Source: Candidatus Krumholzibacteriia bacterium
GTDB taxonomy: Bacteria; Krumholzibacteriota; Krumholzibacteriia; LZORAL124-64-63
Direction: 5' to 3'
Assembly (NCBI GenBank): GCA_050174015.1
Contig: JBFXKG010000004.1
Span: 165,501 to 229,500 of the forward strand
Length of the DNA: 64,000 bases
In this document: one piece after another, positions 49,426-58,409 of the stretch
Numbering within the stretch: position 1 is the first letter of the stretch
Layout of the letters: the number at the start of each line of letters is the position of its first letter
Program-made: the position numbers and the translations under genes
The notes under the pieces: model-generated
What the model was told of the DNA's origin: nothing
What the model saw: only the letters and a program-made list of their open reading frames with translations
The model's database searches: none

Positions 49426-51412
49426 GAGCTTCCTCCTTGAAGTACCCGACTTCGATTGTCGTCGCATCGCGTTTGTCGTCGTAGACCAATCTATAACTGT
49501 GCCCAATTGATGGTTTCAGGATTTTTAACGTTCGCCCGGTGATTTCCTCATCCGTTGAAAGCAAAACCACTTGATGGCTCGCGTGAGGAAAATAGTGTCG
49601 AACCAAATTATCGCGGTGGGTGCTGTCCAGGCGGCCCAAAGGTGTGTCGATAATTACCGGCAAGCTGCGGCCCGAAGCACGCGCCATACCCCACAGGATC
49701 GCCACAACCAGAAGCTGCCTTTCGCCCGCCGACAACCAATCCGTTAGGATCTCATCGCCGGCCTCATTCCGCAGGTGCAACTGGTAATTGTCCGGATCGA
49801 TGGTTACCGATCGAACCATTCCCTGCTTTCGCATAAGATGACCGTAAGCCTCACAAATAACCTCTTCGAGTGCCTTGAGCCGTCGCCTCACCAAACCACT
49901 CCTCAGTTCAGCTAAAGTGGCCCTGACCCGTCCAGCATGATCAAGGATACGTGCATTGTCCGCCTGGTCTTGTGCGCCTCCCAGCACCTTGAGCAGGTGC
50001 TTATGGTAGGCCCGCTCTGCCTCGTCAACATGAACACCCAACAACCTCAATGCCTCGTCGACTTGCGAAATCTTCCCCTCGAGAATAGCAAGTTCATGGT
50101 GGGCTTTTGTTCGCCGGTTCTGCACCTCAGCCAACGCCGCGTCATCCGGAACTGCTGCCAACTTGCGGTCGATAGCCTGCAACTCAGAATCAATGTCGCC
50201 AATTTCCCTGAGAAGCTCACCCGCTCGCTTGCTGTCATTATCGAAGCGGGCCTCTAAGAGTTCCTTTGCCATAAGGTATTCCCCATCACTGGTATGGAGA
50301 TAACAGTCTGTAGTAGCTGCACGAGAAATTGCATTGGCTTCCTTTTCGTAGAAATCCCTAAGTAGGATCTGCGTGGCCGCCGCAACCTTCTTGCGCTTTA
50401 ATAATTGAGAGACCCTCTTCTGCTGATCCTCCAGTTGGCCCAAGACCGTTTGAGCAGATCTTGCTTTCTGCTCAAGGAGCATCTGCCGGATACAATCGAC
50501 CAGCAATGGTTCGATCATTTTGAGCGGCAACGGACCTGACGCCAACTCAATGAGGCCCTTTTCCAGATCTCCACGTCGACCCTGAAGACTCTTCTGATCA
50601 ACCTCCAGCTTTAGCCTTTGCTCGTAGAGGCGGCCACCCTTGTCCTCATACTCATGATCACACTTTTCGCAAATGGACGTCTGTCTATCGTGCGCCGCCA
50701 AGAGAGTGGCCCGCCTTTCGATAAGCTGCGACTTCTCAATTTTTTTTTCATTCCAATTCTTTTCTAGGCGCGCAGCCTGCTCATCGGCGCTTGTCTTCTT
50801 CGCGGTTTTCGTGATTCGCGCCTCCAAGGCCTTCAGGTCAACGCCCAACTGATCAATGAGATCGATTCCCAACAGGGACAAAACTCCACGCTCGATTAAC
50901 TCGCGGGATCGCTGCGGATCGGCATAGTGCTTGATTTTCTCACCATCAAAGAAGAACAGGCCGGCCAAGCGGGCGGGAATGAAGCGCTCAACCTGATCGT
51001 TCCAGTCCTCTGACAACAGGCGGTCGAGCTGGCCGTTAATGAAAACCTGGACGTATTCCACGACTTTACCACCGCCATTGACCTTCCAGGATCTTTGGAC
51101 CTCGAAGCAGCGTACTGCGTCCTGATCAACCGCCTCGAACTCGACCTCCACCATAGCCCCGCCCCTGGGGTCGGCGCTACGATGGATAGACTGAATCAAG
51201 TAATCCGGATAAGACGATCCGTTATGTTGCCAGATTTCGGACCGACGCCCATACAAGGCCAGCTGTATTCCTTCGAGTAGGGTAGTCTTCCCTTCCCCGT
51301 TCATGCCGCCGATCAGGGTCACGGGGCGCCCCTGGGCAGGGGGAGCCATGCTGATAGTCTGCTTTCCGGCGTAGACGCGGTAGTTGTGAAATGTCACGCG
51401 AGTGATTTTCAT
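49415..51412 (-). CDS. dndD: DNA sulfur modification protein DndD
   Basis: GMNGEGKTT, LFFFDGEKI, LSAGERQ, IDTPLGRLDSTHR, HQVVLLSTDEEI. Confidence 0.95.
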   Translation of the reverse strand: MKITRVTFHNYRVYAGKQTISMAPPAQGRPVTLIGGMNGEGKTTLLEGIQLALYGRRSEIWQHNGSSYPDYLIQSIHRSADPRGGAMVEVEFEAVDQDAVRCFEVQRSWKVNGGGKVVEYVQVFINGQLDRLLSEDWNDQVERFIPARLAGLFFFDGEKIKHYADPQRSRELIERGVLSLLGIDLIDQLGVDLKALEARITKTAKKTSADEQAARLEKNWNEKKIEKSQLIERRATLLAAHDRQTSICEKCDHEYEDKGGRLYEQRLKLEVDQKSLQGRRGDLEKGLIELASGPLPLKMIEPLLVDCIRQMLLEQKARSAQTVLGQLEDQQKRVSQLLKRKKVAAATQILLRDFYEKEANAISRAATTDCYLHTSDGEYLMAKELLEARFDNDSKRAGELLREIGDIDSELQAIDRKLAAVPDDAALAEVQNRRTKAHHELAILEGKISQVDEALRLLGVHVDEAERAYHKHLLKVLGGAQDQADNARILDHAGRVRATLAELRSGLVRRRLKALEEVICEAYGHLMRKQGMVRSVTIDPDNYQLHLRNEAGDEILTDWLSAGERQLLVVAILWGMARASGRSLPVIIDTPLGRLDSTHRDNLVRHYFPHASHQVVLLSTDEEITGRTLKILKPSIGHSYRLVYDDKRDATTIEVGYFKEEAHAN

Positions 51413-52932
51413 AACGCCGCTCCCTCATTAGCTGCCATTTCCCGTAGTTCATCCGGGTTTTCAGCAGAGCCTACCTTAGCCCGAGATCGCGCCCTCTCCA
51501 GTGCATCCTCTTCGCCGTCATAGAAACATCGCGTGATCGCATGTTTCAAATCGCGAAACAACCCCCGACGCAGCGCACGGTTTCTGTACTGGTGTTCTAT
51601 ATCTAATAGGTTGCGCACAAGTTCGTAGTGCATCTCGTTATCACCTGCGATTTCTCGCAGTAGCGCCAATGAATCCCCATTCAAGACCGGGTCTTCATCG
51701 TGTCTTGGCCCTGGATACTTCTCACCCGTTGCCTCGAAGTAGATTTTGGGGAGAATGTCTTCAATTTCGTGTTTTTCGCTTACCCAAATTCGACGGATTT
51801 CTTCAAGCTCAGCAAGGGTGATTAGCTCCCATTCCCGAACTTCTTCTGGACCGCGCTCCCGCACCAATCGCTGAGTTTCCAGCAGCCTCCGCAGCCAGTA
51901 TGCCCGCGCCTGCTGAGTGTAGGGACCCTTGATCAGCCGACCACGGCCTTCCTGGTCTTCGAAGTACTGCACTTGTCCCGTCATTCGCCGCATGTCACGA
52001 TTATTTTGGTCTCTAGCGCGGGCATCTTCGGACCGGAAATCCAGCTCATTTCGGATCTCTAGCAGCGGCGCCATCCATTCTTTCTCAACATCGTTTTGCA
52101 CCATCGCGGTCATGGACTTGTCCTCATCAACTAAGGTGCAAACCCAGCATCCGAATCGACTGTTTCCACAACTAGGCGTATTGGTATCGACGACCAGCGG
52201 ACATTCGCCGTCGGCCGTTGCCCCCTGGTACATAGTCAGCAGATCTTTGTTGTTGTACCCCCATGGATTCTTGACCTGCATCAGGTACATCCACACGTCG
52301 TCGTTCGTCCAACTCTCGATTGGAGTGTAAATCAGGCTGTTCTGCAGACTTGCATTTGGAGTGAGACGAGCACGCACTGACTTTCTTCCATGTCGCGCCA
52401 TCGTGGCGGCTCTCTTCGAACTTTCCGCCGTGCGGGTCCCCAGGACGAGAATGGCTTCGCCGTTCTCCTGCACCGTCTGCCGAATGAAATCGTTCGCCGG
52501 GTGGATTTTCAGGCGCTCGGTACACCACCGAAATTTGAGGCGCGGCGCAGGATAACCGCGCCCTATTAAGTTGACCCAAAAGGTCTGGGTAACGCTGGGC
52601 GTCAATCGGTGAGGCACAACGGGTATACCATGCTCCCTGGCGGCGACAGCCATCACCTCAAGGGACCGGTTCACCCACAGTGCGACAACCGGGTTCTCAA
52701 CCAACGTGTCCGTGCTGATCACATGGATGGGCTTGATTCGCTTCTCGGCCGGTAAACCCGCGACAGCATTCCAACATAGTTGCAGAATCGCCGTTGAATC
52801 CTTGCCGCCGCTGTACCCGATGACCCACGGGGTCTCATCTGAGAGATAAATCTCTTGGATTTCCTCATGTGCTGCAGCGATGACGGCCTTGAAGCCCTTT
52901 TCACGAAAAATCGATCGCGTTTCACCCGACAT
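51409..52932 (-). CDS. dndC: DNA phosphorothioation sulfurtransferase DndC
   Basis: PWVIGYSGGKDS, DTLVENP, RWCTERLKI, CGNSRFGCWVC. Confidence 0.96.
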   Translation of the reverse strand: MSGETRSIFREKGFKAVIAAAHEEIQEIYLSDETPWVIGYSGGKDSTAILQLCWNAVAGLPAEKRIKPIHVISTDTLVENPVVALWVNRSLEVMAVAAREHGIPVVPHRLTPSVTQTFWVNLIGRGYPAPRLKFRWCTERLKIHPANDFIRQTVQENGEAILVLGTRTAESSKRAATMARHGRKSVRARLTPNASLQNSLIYTPIESWTNDDVWMYLMQVKNPWGYNNKDLLTMYQGATADGECPLVVDTNTPSCGNSRFGCWVCTLVDEDKSMTAMVQNDVEKEWMAPLLEIRNELDFRSEDARARDQNNRDMRRMTGQVQYFEDQEGRGRLIKGPYTQQARAYWLRRLLETQRLVRERGPEEVREWELITLAELEEIRRIWVSEKHEIEDILPKIYFEATGEKYPGPRHDEDPVLNGDSLALLREIAGDNEMHYELVRNLLDIEHQYRNRALRRGLFRDLKHAITRCFYDGEEDALERARSRAKVGSAENPDELREMAANEGAAL

Positions 52933-54019
52933 TCTTCATCCCCACATACGCATCTTCGACACGCTGCTCCTCGGGAGTCAGATCGATGCCGATATGGCGT
53001 TTGATTGCGTTCACCGTGAGGGTGACATTGTTCCGCGCCTTCTGGACGCGCCCTCCGGTCATTGCGCGACCCTCCCAAAGGCGATGGTTACTGCGCGCCC
53101 AATTGATTGACCGGATCTTGCTTAGGGGGCGCTTCCACGCTTTAGGGTCCTTTCTTAGCAAAGAGTTGCCCACAATGCCGAGAGCGTGAATCACCGTTCC
53201 GTGCGAGTGGATGAAATCCTCGCGGACTCCACCCGATGCCATGCTCCGCTCCTGCACCATCTTCCACTCGGGGATGTTCCTGGCAATGGTCTCCCAGAAT
53301 TCCCTTGTCAGAGCCACGGCCTCTTCCGCGTCTTTGAACTCAACGCCTTCAAGAAGCGCCATGGAGCCACTGTAGAGGGCGCTTAGCGTCAGCAATTTGC
53401 GTGAACCCTTTGATAACGAACTACGTTCGAGCTCCACAATGTCCCGAAAAAAGTCGGATTGTAAAACGGCGAGGCGAACGGTCTGCGCCATTTCGTCACG
53501 ATGGTCGAAGAGAACCCCGAGCGACTTGCTGGGCCGAACCGCATGGCGATTTAGGTCAGCGAACATCTGCTGTGAGCGCTTGAGGCCTCGATCGACAAAC
53601 AGAACAACAGCAATGGTTTCGTCACCCAAATCCGGCCGATCTTCAAGGGCCTGCTTGATTGCTGCCCTGCGGTGCTGGCCGTCGTTGATGATGAATCGAG
53701 CGTCGAGAGAAACATGCAGGGACCCGATCTTGCGACCTTCCGCGGAATCGTCTGCTGGGTCAAACGCGAGATTTCCATCTACAGACGCCGTAATGGCTGA
53801 AAAGACATACCCTTTATCGTTTTTCGTCATATAGCGGGCAATTTCCGGGATTCTGGCCTTGTTAAGTGTCCTTTGGGCCCGCATTTCGGGGCGAACCTCT
53901 TCCTCGTCGTAGGAGAACAGCTTCCCTAATAGCCGCATTGGACACATGGAAACATAGTATTCTCGTCCTGCCTGAATTCCCCTAATTGCTGGAAATACAT
54001 AGCCAAATCCAGGGTCCAT
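52922..54019 (-). CDS. dndB: DNA sulfur modification protein DndB
   Basis: PAIRGIQAGREYY, RAQRTLN, INDGQHR, QQMFADLN. Confidence 0.95.
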   Translation of the reverse strand: MDPGFGYVFPAIRGIQAGREYYVSMCPMRLLGKLFSYDEEEVRPEMRAQRTLNKARIPEIARYMTKNDKGYVFSAITASVDGNLAFDPADDSAEGRKIGSLHVSLDARFIINDGQHRRAAIKQALEDRPDLGDETIAVVLFVDRGLKRSQQMFADLNRHAVRPSKSLGVLFDHRDEMAQTVRLAVLQSDFFRDIVELERSSLSKGSRKLLTLSALYSGSMALLEGVEFKDAEEAVALTREFWETIARNIPEWKMVQERSMASGGVREDFIHSHGTVIHALGIVGNSLLRKDPKAWKRPLSKIRSINWARSNHRLWEGRAMTGGRVQKARNNVTLTVNAIKRHIGIDLTPEEQRVEDAYVGMKNVG

Positions 54020-54127
54020 GATTCCTCCTAACCTACTTGAAAATAGTGTAGAGTTGCAGTACTATGTTGAGGACAATAGCATGGTTTGTCTCTGGGTCAA
54101 CAAAATTTTGGATAAAAAAACACAAAC

Positions 54128-55273
54128 ATGAACAAGACCACCACTGGACTAGTCTACTTAGACTATTGTGCAACCACACCAGTTGATCCGGATGTGGCTG
54201 AAATTGTTATGCGACATATGGTTTCCGAGTTTGGAAACGCTGGGAGTCGCACTCACGAACTTGGGGCTCAGGCCAAAAGGGCCGTCGAAAATGCCCGGAG
54301 ACAGGTATCCGAAGCCCTTGGGGTCCAACCCAATGAGGTTGTCTTTACCAGCGGCGCCACCGAAAGCAATAACCTGGCCATTCTGGGGCTAGCGGAGCAC
54401 GGAATCCGTTCTGGGCGGACCCACATCGTCACAACAGCCATAGAGCACAAATCCGTATTGGAGCCCTGCGCCCAACTCGAATCGCGTGGCTTCACTGTAA
54501 CCTACATTAGACCAAACAAATCTGGTTCGATTGACCCCGTTGAAGTACTTGCCGCCACCAACAACAAGACTCTGCTGGTTTCTGTGCAACATGCCAACAA
54601 TGAAACGGGGGTGATTAATCCCATCGAAACCATCATTCATGGTGCTCACAAAGCCGGCTCCCTTGTTCACATTGATGCCGCGCAAAGCTTTTGCAAGGTT
54701 CCCGGTGTAGTGTCGCTCAATGATGCCGATCTCCTCAGCATTAGTGGACACAAAATTGGAGCACCGAAGGGAATTGGGGCGCTAAGAATAAACCACCGTC
54801 GAGAGGTCCACAGGTTAATTAAGCCAATTTTGTTCGGCGGTGGACAGGAGTTTGGGGTCCGCCCTGGAACAGTTGCGGTCCCCCTCGTGGCGGGATTTGG
54901 CATGGCTGCTCAAATTGGATCGAACGAAATTGTCCGGCGTTATGAGGCCTGTCTGAAAACCAAATACGCCATCATGAATTTTATCAAAAACCTCGGGTTT
55001 TCAATCATTGGCTCGGGACCATCTCTGCCCAATTGCATTTCAGTTTGCTTTTATCCTATTGATGCTGAAGCCATTTTTGTCGCCCTCAAATCCTCCCATT
55101 GCGTTTCCAATGGTTCAGCATGCACATCTGCTTCGCGATCACGCTCCCACGTACTTGGGGCAATGGGTCTTTATGAAGATTTGATCGACTGCTCGATTAG
55201 ACTTTCATGGCAAGAGTCGACACGGCTTGAGGATATTGAAAGCGCAATTGATCTAATTTCCAAATTGCGATAA
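54128..55273 (+). CDS. dndA: Cysteine desulfurase DndA
   Basis: YLDYCATTP, GNAGSRTH, TSGATE, NNETG, SGHK, SNGSACTS; divergent from dndB. Confidence 0.92.
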   Translation: MNKTTTGLVYLDYCATTPVDPDVAEIVMRHMVSEFGNAGSRTHELGAQAKRAVENARRQVSEALGVQPNEVVFTSGATESNNLAILGLAEHGIRSGRTHIVTTAIEHKSVLEPCAQLESRGFTVTYIRPNKSGSIDPVEVLAATNNKTLLVSVQHANNETGVINPIETIIHGAHKAGSLVHIDAAQSFCKVPGVVSLNDADLLSISGHKIGAPKGIGALRINHRREVHRLIKPILFGGGQEFGVRPGTVAVPLVAGFGMAAQIGSNEIVRRYEACLKTKYAIMNFIKNLGFSIIGSGPSLPNCISVCFYPIDAEAIFVALKSSHCVSNGSACTSASRSRSHVLGAMGLYEDLIDCSIRLSWQESTRLEDIESAIDLISKLR

Positions 55274-55375
55274 TTATTTTTCCCACATTCTTTTCGTGAC
55301 AACAACGCGCGCTTCATTATGTTGCAATCTTACGGCAAAACGAGATGCTGTCTTCTGCCTTTTGTACACCATCAA

Positions 55376-57205
55376 TCATTTAGAAATAAATCTATCTATC
55401 TGCACCATCACCCGCTTTTTTCTAAGAGTGTTGTTGGGGTGATCCCAAAATTTGCTCCAGATTCCAATTTTTGCGAATCTTTTTACAAAATCTTTGGGGC
55501 TTTCATCATTAAGTTTGTTTGTTTTATAGAATTTTTTCCAGGACGCGTGCACTTCTGAAACTGCTCGATCAAAGGCCCCAAAGTCCATATTTGCGGGATT
55601 CTTTCTGCTCTCCAACCCAAGCCTCTCAGCCACTATCCGCTTATTCTGGATTGTCCGGGTGTGTCTCTTCGTGTACTGAAAAATTGTATTTGCAAAATAA
55701 TACTTTCCGATCCCACAAAGTTCAGAATCCAGGCCAGTTTTCCCGCTTCGTTTCCTAAATGACGAACACGCGCGCAACAACAAATATGAAATAAGATAGT
55801 CATATGCATCATGTCTTCCCTGAAAAATTTCATCATAAATACTCTGACCAGTGGGGGAAAAAATTCTTTCTGCTCCACCAGTTGCCATGTACTGAGGGTC
55901 TCGATAGCACGCAATCATAGCTGCACATAATTCCATCATTTTTATTGAACCATAAGGTCGAAACCGTCCATCGATTAAACTAGCTGTCTCCCTGTTGCCT
56001 TCTTGTTGAGTTCCTGACTTTCGCAAATAATTCCATCCGAGTTTTCGAAGCTGCCTATAAATGTCAATTTGCTCCCGGTTGTTAGCAACCAGCTCGGATG
56101 CCTTAATGCTGTTTTGGTCATTCGTGGCCTGAACAATATCTCGAACAAACTGCTGGAAAAAATCAAGGTCACCATCACTTCGAATTTCCATTGACACAAC
56201 CCTAATTAAAACTTCGGCACGACTTCCTCTTGCGCCGCACCTCCCAATCGTTCTTGTAGTCTGTTGCCCGTTAATTATTTGTGGGGCTTGTATTACAATT
56301 TTCTTCGCCCCGCGTTCGGATTTTTCCATTGCATGCGTTCCAATGATGGTAATTCCGTTATTTAGGTGGAAAAATTTTTCCGGATTATTTGTTAATGTGT
56401 GCGCAATTCGGAGATTGGTTGGAGTCTTTTCACCCTTATATAGCCTAATATTTCGAGCAAAAAGTCGCTCCCCATACATTTCAAACAAACGCCTAATTTC
56501 GCTAATTTGAACTGAGTACAAATATGTAGAAATATTTCTTCCAAATTTTTTGCTGGTTTTTTCCGAATGGTTCAGCTCCCCTCCTCCTTTTACTCCAACT
56601 TCGACTTCTGGTAATGATGGTACAAGGTTTGAAAATGCCTGATGAACCTTGCAGCATTCCTTCCCGCTAAAAACCAAGTATCGACATCTGCCTACCATTT
56701 GATCGGCCGTTGCATGTTTTTCTGCGTCCTTGGCCACACCTTCTGCAACTCTTCCTGTTGTTACGAAAATTCCTGTAATGCGATAATCATTTTTTTGTGC
56801 GTGGAATTTTTGGTGAGCGGCAAAGAGTAAAGAACGCACCCCTGAATTTGCCTTATTATATCGTTTCCTGAAGTCCGCTTTATTAAGACGAAAACTATTT
56901 ACAACTTCCGCAAGTCCGGCAAGGTCGTTATATTTTTCGGTATTCTTTTCTAGTTTGTCATGCCACTTCATTTGGCATATATAAATCATGCGAGTTTGGT
57001 CACAAATATAAACGATGTCACAGTTTTTATCCGCCGGACCCTCCACCAATGCGTTGAGAATTTCAACTCGATTATCTGGGTTGGTAATAACTGCTTGGGC
57101 AAACCAATATATAAAGGCTTTAGATCGCGAATCAATATCTCCTATTGAACAAACAATTTCGTCTAGATAGTTCTTTAATTCAACAAACGTTTTCACAAAC
57201 GACAT
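55376..57205 (-). CDS. AIPR family protein
   Basis: LFARNIRLY, PEKFFHLNNGIT, PQIINGQQT, ATNDQN; GGAGG RBS before MSFVKT. Confidence 0.88.
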   Translation of the reverse strand: MSFVKTFVELKNYLDEIVCSIGDIDSRSKAFIYWFAQAVITNPDNRVEILNALVEGPADKNCDIVYICDQTRMIYICQMKWHDKLEKNTEKYNDLAGLAEVVNSFRLNKADFRKRYNKANSGVRSLLFAAHQKFHAQKNDYRITGIFVTTGRVAEGVAKDAEKHATADQMVGRCRYLVFSGKECCKVHQAFSNLVPSLPEVEVGVKGGGELNHSEKTSKKFGRNISTYLYSVQISEIRRLFEMYGERLFARNIRLYKGEKTPTNLRIAHTLTNNPEKFFHLNNGITIIGTHAMEKSERGAKKIVIQAPQIINGQQTTRTIGRCGARGSRAEVLIRVVSMEIRSDGDLDFFQQFVRDIVQATNDQNSIKASELVANNREQIDIYRQLRKLGWNYLRKSGTQQEGNRETASLIDGRFRPYGSIKMMELCAAMIACYRDPQYMATGGAERIFSPTGQSIYDEIFQGRHDAYDYLISYLLLRACSSFRKRSGKTGLDSELCGIGKYYFANTIFQYTKRHTRTIQNKRIVAERLGLESRKNPANMDFGAFDRAVSEVHASWKKFYKTNKLNDESPKDFVKRFAKIGIWSKFWDHPNNTLRKKRVMVQIDRFISK

Positions 57206-57381
57206 TGCCCCAGCCTCCAAAGTTTGCGTATTTTCTCGTCGCAATAACCATTTTGCCATTTGTTTTCTGCGTTTGCAATCTACTAATGGCCCATTCAAGG
57301 AATTCTGAACCAGAGTTGTCTGAATTCTGGGGACTTCCCCCTCCCCACCTGCCACTCTTCCCCCAACCCAGGAGCCGCCCC

Positions 57382-58056
57382 ATGCCCCCCCTCTCCCGCT
57401 CATCCCGCAGCATCCTCTTCCGCGGCAACGCGGGCCACTTCCCCGGCGACTCCCTGTTCGACAGGATCGCCCGCGCCGTCTGCGAGGCCGAGTGCCTGCC
57501 GCGCAAGGAGCTGTACGAGGCATGGGAGACCGCGCTGCGCATCCGGCGGCACTTGCGCGGCGGACCGGTGGTCGAGCTGGCCGCCGGCCACGGCCTGCTG
57601 GCGATGATCCTCCTCATCCTCGACGACACCACCCCGTCCGCCCTCTGCGTCGATCTTCACCAGCCGCCCCGCCACCGCACCCTGCTTGCGGTCATGGAGC
57701 GGCACTGGCCCCGCCTGCAGGGCCGCATCGCGTACGCCCAGGACGGTCTGGAAAACGCGGCCATCCCCCCGGACGCCCTGGTGGCCTCGGTCCACGCCTG
57801 CGGCGCGCTCACCGACCGGGTGCTCGACCTGGCCATCGCCGGCGGTCACCGGGTCGCCGTGCTGCCCTGCTGCCACGATCTGCAGACCTGCGACACCGGA
57901 TCGCTCGACGGCTGGATGGACGGCCCCCTCGCCGTCGACGCCACCAGGGCCGCGCGGCTGCGCCAGGCCGGCTACACGGTCAAGACGGCGCGCATCCCCG
58001 CCGACGTCACCCCCAAGAACCGCCTGCTGCTGGGCTGGCCAGCGGAGTCCGACTGA
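57382..58056 (+). CDS. SAM-dependent methyltransferase domain protein (Methyltransf_32-like)
   Basis: VELAAGHGLL, VHACGALTD, VLPCCH; AGGAG RBS. Confidence 0.85.
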   Translation: MPPLSRSSRSILFRGNAGHFPGDSLFDRIARAVCEAECLPRKELYEAWETALRIRRHLRGGPVVELAAGHGLLAMILLILDDTTPSALCVDLHQPPRHRTLLAVMERHWPRLQGRIAYAQDGLENAAIPPDALVASVHACGALTDRVLDLAIAGGHRVAVLPCCHDLQTCDTGSLDGWMDGPLAVDATRAARLRQAGYTVKTARIPADVTPKNRLLLGWPAESD

Positions 58057-58104
58057 TCCCGGGGCTCCCGGCTTCTCAAATTCCCATCTTGGGCCAACAA
58101 CCAC

Positions 58105-58132
58105 TTGACACCGATCCCAGACCTGCTATCCT
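58105..58132 (+). promoter_or_regulatory. sigma70 promoter upstream of riboswitch leader
   Basis: TTGACA-16-TATCCT with extended -10 TG; predicted +1 near 58139. Confidence 0.7.
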
Positions 58133-58138
58133 CTTTCC

Positions 58139-58191
58139 AGCGCCGATTTGAACTCAGCTTGCGGGCGCTCTATAAATCCGGCTAAAGCGAG
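58139..58191 (+). ncRNA. SAM-II (SAM-alpha) type riboswitch aptamer 1
   Basis: P1 AGCGCC/GGCGCU; L1 GAUUUG; pseudoknot CUC-A-GCUU-GC with GC-UA-AAGC-GAG; AUAAAU linker. Confidence 0.85.
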
Positions 58192-58210
58192 GGCCCCGCA
58201 TTCTTGCGAC

Positions 58211-58243
58211 CCCGCTTCGGCCCCAGGCTGAGCGGGATTTTTT
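58211..58243 (+). terminator. Intrinsic terminator (expression platform of aptamer 1)
   Basis: CCCGCT(T)CGGCC-cca-GGCTGAGCGGG-ATTTTTT. Confidence 0.8.
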
Positions 58244-58290
58244 CGTCCCGGACCCGACAGATTGACCAACCGACCGACGTCGACAGAACG

Positions 58291-58346
58291 CCGCCGATTT
58301 GACCCTGACAGCTTGCAGGGCGGGATACAAGTGCTGCTAAAGCGTC
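58291..58346 (+). ncRNA. SAM-II type riboswitch aptamer 2
   Basis: P1 CCGCC/GGCGG; L1 GAUUUG; pseudoknot GAC-A-GCUU-GC with GC-UA-AAGC-GUC, covarying with aptamer 1. Confidence 0.8.
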
Positions 58347-58409
58347 GCTGCACCCCTTCCCCCGGGTACGGCCGCGCCACGTGGTCCCGGGGGATACTGG
58401 AGGTGCGGC
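58347..58409 (+). promoter_or_regulatory. SD-sequestering hairpin (expression platform of aptamer 2)
   Basis: GCUGCACC pairs with GGUGCGGC overlapping the GGAGGU SD; inner 9-bp UCCCCCGGG/CCCGGGGGA. Confidence 0.7.

Noticed and set aside
57145..57523. N-terminal extensions of the AIPR and methyltransferase ORFs overlapping each other
   Set aside because: Better RBS-supported starts at 57205 (-) and 57382 (+); extensions cross the GC boundary
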